In this document: positions 1-9,400 of the stretch, in pieces | How positions within the stretch are numbered: position 1 is the stretch's first letter | How the letters are laid out: every line of letters starts with the position of its first letter | NCBI GenBank assembly: GCA_944391395.1 | Contig: CALXTI010000006.1 | Coordinates: forward strand, 2,503 to 66,502 | Reading direction: 5' to 3' | Origin: an uncultured Alphaproteobacteria bacterium | Lineage (GTDB): Bacteria; Pseudomonadota; Alphaproteobacteria; RF32; CAG-239 | Length of the DNA stretch: 64,000 bases | Translations under genes and position numbers: made by a program | The notes under the pieces: generated by a model | What the model saw: only the letters and a program-made list of their open reading frames with translations | Told to the model about the DNA's origin: nothing | The model's database searches: none

Positions 1-467
1 ACGACAAAATGCTTTTACAGCAGGCAACGATGGATTTATATCGGCGGGAAAAAATTAATCCGGCTTCGGGATGCCTGCCTTTGTTTATACAAGTTCCGGT
101 CTTTTTCTCATTGTATAAGGTTTTAAATATATCCATTGAAATCAGGCACGCGCCGTTTGTCGGCTGGATTAAGGATTTGTCGGCGCCTGATCCACTGACG
201 ATTTCAACTTGGTCGCACATACCCTTGCCGGGGTTGATTGATATTGGTGTTTGGCCGATTTTAATGGGTGTTACCATGTGGATTCAACAAAAACTTAACC
301 CCGCTCCGGCTAACAAAGACCAAGCAAGGATGTTTGCGCTTATGCCGCTGATTTTCACCTTTATGTTGGGGCATTTTGCATCCGGTTTGGTCATATACTG
401 GACATTAAGCAACGTCTTGTCCATCTTGCAACAAAGAGCCATTATGCGTAAATATGGAGTAAACTGA
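1..467 (+). CDS. yidC: Membrane protein insertase YidC, C-terminal part. The CDS is truncated at the window start.
   Basis: The conserved YidC motif [25 protein letters not shown] and C-terminal TM helices are present. The reading frame is open from the window edge. The stop overlaps the engB start (ATGA). Confidence 0.85.
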   Translation, partial: DKMLLQQATMDLYRREKINPASGCLPLFIQVPVFFSLYKVLNISIEIRHAPFVGWIKDLSAPDPLTISTWSHIPLPGLIDIGVWPILMGVTMWIQQKLNPAPANKDQARMFALMPLIFTFMLGHFASGLVIYWTLSNVLSILQQRAIMRKYGVN

Positions 468-1105
468 TGAAACACGCCCCTATATTTGATAAAGAAACTT
501 TGGAAAAAGGCAGCAAGCTTTTTACTCGGCCCGCCCGTTTCCTTTTAAGCGTCGCCAATCTGTCACAACTTCCGGAAGGCGATAAAAAAGAAGTGGCATT
601 TGTCGGGCGCTCAAATGTGGGAAAATCAACACTTATCAATGCTTTGTTTAATAATAAAAACATGGCCAAGACTTCTTCAACTCCGGGAAGAACGCAACAA
701 TTAAACTTCTTTGACCTTGACAATCAATTATATCTTGTGGATTTGCCAGGTTACGGATATGCAAAAGCCCCGACTGCCGAAGTCAAAAAATGGCAAGATA
801 TGATTTTTATTTACTTAAAAGGACGGGCTAATTTACAACGGGTTTTTCTATTGGTGGACTGTCGGCACGGTCTGAAACGTGTCGATACGGATGCCATGAC
901 GATGCTGGATAAAGCCGCCGTCCCTTATCAAATCGTCTTTACCAAAAGTGATAAAATAAGCTATAAAGAACTGGTTAAAGTTGTAAACGAAGCGCAAATC
1001 ATCCTTAAAAATCATCCGGCGGGAAATCCGCTTGTTTTGGCAGTCAGCGCTGAAAAACAACAAGGCGTGGAAAATGTTCGCGCCGAAATTGCCAAATTGT
1101 TATAA
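467..1105 (+). CDS. engB: Ribosome biogenesis GTP-binding protein EngB/YihA
   Basis: G1 motif GRSNVGKSTLINAL and G3 DLPGYG are present. The start overlaps the yidC stop, and yidC-engB is a conserved synteny. Confidence 0.85.
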   Translation: MKHAPIFDKETLEKGSKLFTRPARFLLSVANLSQLPEGDKKEVAFVGRSNVGKSTLINALFNNKNMAKTSSTPGRTQQLNFFDLDNQLYLVDLPGYGYAKAPTAEVKKWQDMIFIYLKGRANLQRVFLLVDCRHGLKRVDTDAMTMLDKAAVPYQIVFTKSDKISYKELVKVVNEAQIILKNHPAGNPLVLAVSAEKQQGVENVRAEIAKLL

Positions 1106-1111
1106 GCTTAC

Positions 1112-1140
1112 AAAAAAACCGCTCAAAGCGGTTTTTTATT
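1112..1140. terminator. Bidirectional intrinsic terminator between convergent engB (+) and virB11 (-)
   Basis: A7-ccgc-tcaaa-gcgg-T6 hairpin, with an A-run on one side and a T-run on the other. Confidence 0.6.
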
Positions 1141-1171
1141 TTGCCTGAATGAGCGATTTTGCCTGAACAAG

Positions 1172-2143
1172 CTATGTAACCTCGGTAATGGCGCGCAGGT
1201 TTCCGTCGCGGTTAATTTGCACTACCCTGAGTTTATGGCGCATTTCTTCAATCGTTTTGGCACGATCGATCGTCGGATATGTATGCAAAATACGATCGGT
1301 GAAAGCTTGATATGCGGCTTCCGAACTTTCCGCATGGATGGTCGCCAGGCAGTTATCGTGACCGGAACCCATCAACTCCCATAAGGCACCGGCGTTGCTG
1401 GTCGAAATCTCACCGCCGATAATGGCGTCCGGCGTAAAACGGACGACCAAGTCAATGATTTTTGCATAATCCATTTCGTTCGTTTGCTCGGTACGGGACA
1501 ATACCAAATGCACACGATTTGGGTGCGGGACAATCAATTCCCGCGTATCTTCGATTGTTACAATACGTTTGTGAATGTCCAAAATTTTGAGCAGATTGTT
1601 CAAAAACGTCGTCTTACCGGTTGAAGTTGCACCACTGACCAGAATATGGTCGCCGCGTTTAATGCTCAACAGCAAGCGTTCATAAGGATCTTCCGGGTCT
1701 TTTATCTGTTTCAAAGGATTTATCTTATGCAGACCTTTGCCTTGAGCCAAGCCATAGTCTTCCAGACCGAACGCCACATCATCGCTATGAACGCGGATGG
1801 TCAAGGCAACACCGCCGGTTAAATCGCCTTCGTCATACATGACGTTACGCCCGGCAATCGCTGAAAAACGATGGTCGCCCGGTATAGTGGCGTAAACAAC
1901 CGGTGAACCGGATATCGGATCAAACGGCAGCTCATAAGTGTTGGCAACGATATAAAGCAAATCCGTTAAATATTCTTTGGTCAGTTTTTCATCTTTGTAC
2001 ATTACCCACGGATAAGCTCTTTTACCGCGCAAACGCAGCCAGATTTGCTCCGAACGATTGATTGCAACCTCTTCAATGTTTTCCTGATTATACCAATAAG
2101 CCAACGGGCGCAAAACAGATTCCAAAACCGTAAATGTACTCAT
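1172..2143 (-). CDS. virB11: T4SS ATPase VirB11
   Basis: Walker A GATSTGKTTFLNNLL lies in a VirB11/TrbB-type ATPase core. It is the last gene of the vir operon. The RBS is AAGGA. Confidence 0.9.
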   Translation of the reverse strand: MSTFTVLESVLRPLAYWYNQENIEEVAINRSEQIWLRLRGKRAYPWVMYKDEKLTKEYLTDLLYIVANTYELPFDPISGSPVVYATIPGDHRFSAIAGRNVMYDEGDLTGGVALTIRVHSDDVAFGLEDYGLAQGKGLHKINPLKQIKDPEDPYERLLLSIKRGDHILVSGATSTGKTTFLNNLLKILDIHKRIVTIEDTRELIVPHPNRVHLVLSRTEQTNEMDYAKIIDLVVRFTPDAIIGGEISTSNAGALWELMGSGHDNCLATIHAESSEAAYQAFTDRILHTYPTIDRAKTIEEMRHKLRVVQINRDGNLRAITEVT

Positions 2144-2158
2144 TATCCTTATCCTTTA

Positions 2159-5100
2159 TCAAAACAATTGCGCCGAAGTATTGTTGCTGCCGGCCGTTGA
2201 TGAAGGCGGCGGCGGGGTCGCGCCGGCAGATGTTACGGGCGGAATATTGACCGCGGACGATGGCTTTTTCTGACCGGATGTGGAAGTGTCGTCAATAAGC
2301 GGCATGGTCGCCCGGACATCTTCTGCATTTTCATCCAGATATACCACGCCGCTGGCACCCGGTGAGGTGCCGGTTGTGGTATTGCTGCTGCCGCCGGCAC
2401 TTCCACCGGCGCCACTATTGTCGCTACCGCCGCCTCCCGTTCCCGTCGGATTCCTATCATCAATAAATACCGTCGGTTTCTGTAAATCCTGCAAAGCTTC
2501 TTCTTCGCTGCGTTCAGGCGTTCTTACCCACAAATCTTCTTTCGGATAAATTATCAAGCGCGTACCTGCCGGAACATACGTTACCGCTTCAATATCGGTT
2601 TTATCCTGCAAAATTTGCTCAAACATTGTATCCATGTTATCCAAAAAGTTCTGACGGGCATCTTCGGCAGCTTCAGCGCGGGCGTTTTCAACTGTATTGC
2701 CGTCACTGTCGGTACTGGTTTCGCCGCTGGCGGCAACATAAGCGACAGCACTGCTTAAAAGGTTGGTAACCATCGGCAAAGTATACTTCTTGAGAAGTTG
2801 CTCGTCTAAATAACCCAAAGCTCCGGAACGTCCTTGCGCATCGCCGGTTTGTGCCGAAGAGAACTCAAAAGCCGAACCGTCCGGACGAATCAAACGTGTC
2901 CAGGTGATGGAAACTCTGACCGCACCGCCGCTCGTTCCTCCTCCGGAACCGCCGGAAGAAGTACCCATGACGCGGCTGCCGGCCGGAATAATAATGTTCC
3001 GCCCTTCTTCCGCATAAACATTCCGCTCAACAATTGCCGTTACCGGAACATCTCCGCCGCTGCTGCTGGACATGATTGTTCTGGCCAAAACCGCCGGAAT
3101 CGGCTTGTCTGCCAAAATCATCTCACTCATGTCAACTCGCCAAGACGATATCTGACGCGGCACACCTTCCCAATAATTCTGTCTGCCGTCGAAATCTTCT
3201 CTGCTGACATTCGTTGATAACTTGCCGACGGTGATTTCACCTCGGCGAGCGGCCTGAGCAGCCGCTAATGCCTGCGCACGAACCGGGTCATAACGTTCGC
3301 CCGGACCAAATCCGCCACCCGGGCCCAAGTTGGTCGGTGCCGTTCCGGTGCCATATGCACCTCCGGATCCAAACGTTCCGGCCGGAACAAACATCTGACC
3401 GGCTTTGACATTTTTGGCTTCTTCAATACCGATTAAATTTCCGTCATCGTCCATAATTAAGCCGTCCGGCATTCTTTTGCCTAACAAGTTGCCTAATTTA
3501 TCAATGACATCATTATTCATTAAGATATCACCCAAATAGTTGCCATCCGGAGTTAAGGCTATACCCACGGTCTTTAGTCCATATTCACCGACGTCTTCTT
3601 GCGGTGTCGGAACGGCATCAACCTTGATTTGTCCGGTCGGCGGCGTCGCCCATTCCGCAGGTTTAACCGGCTCCGGTTTATGCACGTTGTAATATTGCAG
3701 TTCGCGCGCCGTTGCCAATAAATTTGCATCATCATCTCTGATTTCGCCGCTGCCGGTGATATGGCCTATTGTTTCGCCTTTTGTATCAACCACTTCTCCG
3801 GTTAAGAGCAATTCACCGATAACTTGATTGTCTTTATCGCGAATAAAGTAATCCCGATTGCCGCGACCAATTAAAGCGTAATTCTTATCAACCAAGAAAC
3901 CTTTATCGGCTTTGCCTAAATTTCCGCCCGAAAAGTTGGCAACCCGTCCGTCTCTGGTTAAATAACCTATCGTATTGCCGTTTTCATCGTAAATATAAAA
4001 ATCATACAAAGCATAACCTATCGGTTTATTATCGGCCACAACCGTACCGTCATGGCGAACTTGTCCCAAGACATCGTTTTTATCGCTGACGACATTACCG
4101 TTTTCCAGAATTCGGCCTAAGAAATTATTGTCATTGTCAAAAGCCACTTTGTATTTGAACAAAAGTCCTAAAATTTCCCCTTCATTTGAAATCGCCGTAT
4201 TATCCGGTCTGACATAACCTATTGTCTCGCTTTTATCATTAATTAATCTGCCATTTAAATCACTGCGGCCGATAATCATGTTTTCAAAATTAATGACCGG
4301 CAACGGCTGCGCAAGTCCGCCAATAAAATGATTATCGGCATTATAGAACCTGCCGTCGCGACGGATGCAACCCAAATTTTCCTGAGCGTAATTAAGCACG
4401 CGGCCGGATATGTTGATTGTGCCGAGAGATTTTCCGTCAAAGTCCGTCACATTACCTGTTTCGACGCCGAAACCAACCACATTGCCGACCTCTGAAATCG
4501 CTTGTCCGTTGGTTAAAATCTTGCCTAAAATAACATCACGGCTGTTACGGATTTCACCTTTGGTGCCGATAACGCCTAAGAATGAACACTCATCGTTTAC
4601 AACGCCTTTAAAATCAATAACTTTACCAATAACGGAATTATTCGTATCTGCCACTGTTTCGGCATCAAGCATAGCTCCTATTTTGTTTCCGGAATAATCA
4701 TAAACATCTCCTTTGAAATCGGCATAGCCTAGCATGTTGCCATTGATGCCGACGGCAAGCAACGCTTTTCCGGCCGTACCGATAACCGGCATTTTGTTGT
4801 CATTTATATCTGCCGAACTTGAAACAAGAGCATATTCCGGCAAAATCTTAGCAATCGGCTCGTGTTTTTCATTCAACAACAAATTATTTTCCGCGGCGTA
4901 ACCTATGTTTGCACCTTCGTTTGTTTTGAAAAACAGCGGATTAATACTCGCGGCGACAACATTGTTTTCCGAATCCACAACCGCTCCGAACTGAGTCAGT
5001 TTATAATTCCGCTCTGCCGGGATGCCTTGCAAATCGCCGTTCAATCCGACATAACCTTCCACCGCGCCGTTTTCTTGATACAGCGCTTCCAAGCCAACCG

Positions 5101-6439
5101 TGTGGCCAATCAACAAATTATCCGCCGAGTAAACATATCCGAACGGCGAAATTTTGGATTTAATACCTTTGTCGGAAAAATCGGAACCTATGCCGCTTAA
5201 ACCTATCAAATTGTTGCTGTTGTCAAAAACCAGCAGATTATCCATGCCGGCGCCCAAAAGTCGACCTATGTTGTCATACATCAGTCTGCCCTTGGCGTAT
5301 CCCAAAGGCGTTCCCGTTGTAGATATAACCGTGCCGTTACGCAAAGATTGCGCAATCAGATTTCCCACATAATCAAACACCGGACCGGATTTAATAATCT
5401 GACCGATAATTTCGCCATCGGCATTCCAAACAAAACCTTTGGCACCGACGGTTCCGACCGTTTCACGCGCTTTGGCAATTTTGCCGCCCGGCATTAAACG
5501 TCCGAGGTATTTCCCTTGTAAATCCGTTGCCGTGGCTGCTATATCCAAGCTAAAACCTATAACCGAACCTTGTTCGTCAACCACTTTATCATCGGCACGC
5601 AAACGGGCAACAGTCTTTCCTTCATTAATAACTTCTCCGTTGTATGCTATCAGTCCCAAATAATTTCCGTAATTATCAAATGCGTAACCGTTAGTTACCA
5701 TTTTACCTATAACACGGTCGTTCTCGTCATAAACATATCCGTTGGCATGCACAAAACCTATGGCTTGGGAGGCAAAATCCGTAACGCGTCCGCCCGGCGT
5801 TACACTGCCGATAAAATTTCCTTCCGGCGAAATAACCATTTTTGCCGAAATCAACTTTCCATCCAAACCAAACCCGTTTCCGGTATTGCGGTAAGCGTAT
5901 CCTAGCGGTGAGATAAAGCCTATGTTTTGCCCCTCCATGCTAATGTATGATCCGTCGCCGGTCAAACGTCCGACCGTTTTGCCGGCATCGTCGTAGACCA
6001 AGCCCGGATATAATACGGAGCCGAGGATATTATATGAATCGTCAACCACCAAAGCGTTGGGCAATACTTTACCGACAATCTTTCCGGAAGGAAGTCGCAC
6101 GGAACCATCGTTGTTCACCCTTCCCAACAATTTGTTATCATTGCCGACCGCTATCCCTTGAGGAATAACGCCGCCGATAAGCTCTCCTTTTGCATTCACG
6201 ATAAAGCTGTCTGCAGTTACATTGCCGATGATGGCGTTATCAAAGCTGACAACCGTACCATCAGGGATAACCTTACCAATCAAATCACCGTTAAAATCTA
6301 TGGCCGTAATTTCCTGCGCATACACCGGTTTAACCGCCAATAAAATTGCGGCAAGGCTTATGTTAAACCATAACGCTATTTTTCCGACTTTGCCAAACAC
6401 CTTAATTCCTCCGATTTTGCGCAACATCCTGTAAAGCAT
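2159..6439 (-). CDS. virB10: Giant VirB10/TrbI-family protein (1426 aa). It has a signal peptide or TM anchor, about 900 aa of degenerate ~17-aa tandem repeats, a C-terminal VirB10/TrbI barrel domain, and a Gly/Ser/Pro-rich tail.
   Basis: The C-terminal region (VPVTAIVERNVYAEEGRNIIIPAGSRVMGT...VRVSITWTRLIRPDGSAFEF...LLSSAV) is characteristic of the TrbI/VirB10 family. The N-terminus MLRKIGGIKVFGKVGKIALWFNISLAAILLAVKPVYAQ looks like a signal peptide. An alternative GTG start at 6400 is preceded by GGAGGA and lies 1 nt after the stop of the upstream gene. That start would remove the 38-nt overlap. Confidence 0.8.
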   Translation of the reverse strand: MLYRMLRKIGGIKVFGKVGKIALWFNISLAAILLAVKPVYAQEITAIDFNGDLIGKVIPDGTVVSFDNAIIGNVTADSFIVNAKGELIGGVIPQGIAVGNDNKLLGRVNNDGSVRLPSGKIVGKVLPNALVVDDSYNILGSVLYPGLVYDDAGKTVGRLTGDGSYISMEGQNIGFISPLGYAYRNTGNGFGLDGKLISAKMVISPEGNFIGSVTPGGRVTDFASQAIGFVHANGYVYDENDRVIGKMVTNGYAFDNYGNYLGLIAYNGEVINEGKTVARLRADDKVVDEQGSVIGFSLDIAATATDLQGKYLGRLMPGGKIAKARETVGTVGAKGFVWNADGEIIGQIIKSGPVFDYVGNLIAQSLRNGTVISTTGTPLGYAKGRLMYDNIGRLLGAGMDNLLVFDNSNNLIGLSGIGSDFSDKGIKSKISPFGYVYSADNLLIGHTVGLEALYQENGAVEGYVGLNGDLQGIPAERNYKLTQFGAVVDSENNVVAASINPLFFKTNEGANIGYAAENNLLLNEKHEPIAKILPEYALVSSSADINDNKMPVIGTAGKALLAVGINGNMLGYADFKGDVYDYSGNKIGAMLDAETVADTNNSVIGKVIDFKGVVNDECSFLGVIGTKGEIRNSRDVILGKILTNGQAISEVGNVVGFGVETGNVTDFDGKSLGTINISGRVLNYAQENLGCIRRDGRFYNADNHFIGGLAQPLPVINFENMIIGRSDLNGRLINDKSETIGYVRPDNTAISNEGEILGLLFKYKVAFDNDNNFLGRILENGNVVSDKNDVLGQVRHDGTVVADNKPIGYALYDFYIYDENGNTIGYLTRDGRVANFSGGNLGKADKGFLVDKNYALIGRGNRDYFIRDKDNQVIGELLLTGEVVDTKGETIGHITGSGEIRDDDANLLATARELQYYNVHKPEPVKPAEWATPPTGQIKVDAVPTPQEDVGEYGLKTVGIALTPDGNYLGDILMNNDVIDKLGNLLGKRMPDGLIMDDDGNLIGIEEAKNVKAGQMFVPAGTFGSGGAYGTGTAPTNLGPGGGFGPGERYDPVRAQALAAAQAARRGEITVGKLSTNVSREDFDGRQNYWEGVPRQISSWRVDMSEMILADKPIPAVLARTIMSSSSGGDVPVTAIVERNVYAEEGRNIIIPAGSRVMGTSSGGSGGGTSGGAVRVSITWTRLIRPDGSAFEFSSAQTGDAQGRSGALGYLDEQLLKKYTLPMVTNLLSSAVAYVAASGETSTDSDGNTVENARAEAAEDARQNFLDNMDTMFEQILQDKTDIEAVTYVPAGTRLIIYPKEDLWVRTPERSEEEALQDLQKPTVFIDDRNPTGTGGGGSDNSGAGGSAGGSSNTTTGTSPGASGVVYLDENAEDVRATMPLIDDTSTSGQKKPSSAVNIPPVTSAGATPPPPSSTAGSNNTSAQLF

Positions 6440-9400
6440 AACCTGCTACATTTTTATCCAAATTAACAAATGAACCGTTGTTTTTCAAATATCCGATATT
6501 TTCTCCGGAAGAACCGGATACTTTCCCGCCCGCTTCCAAACGTCCGACGTAATCACCGTTATCCGAAAGAACGGCGGTGCCTATTTTGTATATCGTCCCG
6601 AAAACATTGTTTTGATTATCTATCGCCAAACCGCCTGACAGCACTTTGCCGATAACGACATTGCCGCTGTTCCTGATTGTTCCGTCAAAGCCGACATAAC
6701 CGGCCACTTGGTCTTGATTGTTAATCACAATATCTCCCGAAACCGTTTCTCCGATTAGACGGCCTTCCGAGTTGACCGCTTTGCCGTCGGAATACACTTT
6801 GCCGATAACGACATTGTTGGTATTGATTACGGAACCGTCCGGCATAACCGTTCCTATTATCTTGCCGCCAAAATCTATCACCACACCTCTTCTTAACACG
6901 CTCAAGCCTTTATCCGTCGAGCCACCGGGCAAAACGGCCGTCATTACTTTGCCCGTTAAATCGGCAACATCGCCGATGGCATTCGTATAACCGCTGTAAT
7001 TGCCAAACATGTCTATCATTAATGCCATCGGAACAACTTCTCCCAGGACATTTTTTTCAGCATCAAGAATTAAGCCGTCTCCGCTTTCGTATCCGGTTGT
7101 CTGACCTGATGCGCTCACCACGTTTCCGTCGGCTTTGACATATCCAAGATACGAACCATCGTAACCGATGGCTGCCCCGGGTACCACAACGCCGCCGGCA
7201 TACAAACCTTTGTCATTCAGCCACCTGCCTTTGGCATCTATGCGGCCAAGATATTCGCCAAAACGCGTCAGCACTCTGCCGTCCGGATTGACGAACCCGA
7301 CTTTTTGACCGGACGTGTCAACAACGGCTCCGGTCGGAAGAACTTTCCCGACATTGCCGGAATAAAAACTCAAACCGTCTCCGTATATTTTATCAACAAC
7401 AACGCCTTTCCCGTCATAAACGTTGCCGTCGGCAAAAAGTCTTCCCAAAATATCACCGTTGGAATTAACGACAATGTTTCTTTCAGGAAATGCAACCCCG
7501 ATAATTTTATTGTTGCCGTTAACAATGTATTTATGCAGCAGCAAACGGGCGTCAGGATATTGTTTGAGTATCAAAGAGCCGTCATTTTCGAAAGTGTTTA
7601 AATATGTTCCGTTGAGGTCAAAAGCATAAAACTTATCAATCAAATTTCCCTGATAGGCGCCATCTTCATTAAAGACTTCGCCGTCTTCATTGCTGCAACC
7701 GATGGGCAGCATGGCTCCCGACACGACCGTTCCTCCCGGCGTCATGCGACCGATTGTTTGTCCCTCTGCGTTGACGGCTGTTTTATATTGTGCAACTTTG
7801 CCGATAATGTCGCCGTTGTCATTCAAAACCGTTCCGTCAGGATTAACACAACCGACATATCGCTTATTGTCCGTTTGCACGATGCCTTGCTCGTTTGCCG
7901 TTCCCAAATAATTACACTGACGGTCAAAAACTCTCCCTACCGGTACGACGTTGCCTAAGAACTGACCGTTTACATTATAAACACCGCCGTCCGGATAAAT
8001 GCTATAAGGCATTTCTTGCCCGTTCTTTGTAATCGTACCGTCTTGGTTGAGCTGGCCGACATTGCTGCAGCCCCAGCCGACAATCGTTCCGCCTCTTAAA
8101 CCGCGGGCAATTATTTTTGACCCATTCGCATCACGAATTAACGTATTGGGCAATATGCGCCCGAAGACCTGACCTTTTTCATTAACAATCTCGCCGGTTG
8201 ACGAAACAGCGCCCAAAATTGTTCCCGCAGGTGTTACCGGTATCAATTCCATCCGGACGACAGAACCGATTTTTACGGCTTGATTGCTGATGATGTTGCC
8301 GTCTTTATCTACATGGCCGATGACTTCGCCGTTTCTGCCGATGACTTCGCCTTTGCTGTTAATGTAACCGATAACGTTGCCGTTTTCGTCAAGCGCCAAA
8401 TTGACATATTCACCGGCACGACCGATAATATTGCCATTTTTATCAACGACCGTACCATCTTCCAACATTCGGCCGATAACATTGCCGTTGGCATCCAAAA
8501 TTGTTCCGTCTTCCAAAATCTGACCGATTTTGTTACCGTTAAAATCAATAATATTGCCGTTTTCATCAATGTAGCCTATCGGATTGCCGTTCTCGTCATA
8601 ATACAAACGTCTTGAAGGACCCATTTTGCCGATTTGTTCGCCGCTTAATTTGTAAGCATCACCATTTTCATCAACATAGCCGACAACATTGCCGTTCTCG
8701 TCGACAATAGAATTATCCGGCATTACCACGCCTATCGGATTGCCGTTTTCATCAACGGCGGTTTGGCCGGAACGACTGACATAACCGATAACGTTGCCGT
8801 TCATGTCGACGACCTCGCCGTTTTCATTCATACGGCCGATAACGTTGCCTTCCATATCCACAACCGTTCCGTCTTCCAAAACCCGGCCGATGATATTGCC
8901 GTTTTCGTCATAAACATAGCCGGCATCAACCCCTCTGCCAATGATGTTTCCCACGCTGTCGACAATGGTGCCGTCGGCATTTAAATGTCCTATCGGGTTG
9001 CCGTTAAAATCAACCGCCTGTCCATCGGCCGTGACATAGCCGATAACATTACCGTTTTCGTCATAAATCAGTTTTTTATTGCCGGCAACGCCGATGATAT
9101 TGCCGTTTTCATCAACGATGAGACCGTCTTCGTTTACGCGACCGATGATATTGCCGTTTTCGTCCCGAACGTAGCCGTCTTCATCAATATAACCTATAAC
9201 TTCGCCGTTCGGTCCGTACGCAATCCGCGTTTTGGTCTCATCGGCCGTCACTTTGCCAATGACGTTGCCATCTTTGTCAAGCACTTGATTGTTGGTATTG
9301 ATGATGCCTAATTCGTTACCATTCAAGTCTACCGCACGGCCGTCCGGCGTAATATAACCGATAATATTGCCGTTTTCGTCCCGGATGACCATGCCTTCGC

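Noticed and set aside
6402-6439. A 38-nt out-of-frame overlap between the two giant genes, possibly a programmed frameshift
   Set aside because: No slippery heptamer is evident. A GTG at 6400 with a GGAGGA RBS gives a clean stop-restart junction (TAA-g-GTG), so ordinary translational coupling is more parsimonious. A true split or an assembly error remains possible (see finding).
8250-9330. Regular ~51-nt periodic repeats that could superficially suggest a CRISPR array
   Set aside because: The repeats are in-frame within a long minus-strand ORF and encode a 17-aa protein repeat. There are no unique spacers of constant length and no cas genes. This is a coding tandem repeat, not CRISPR.
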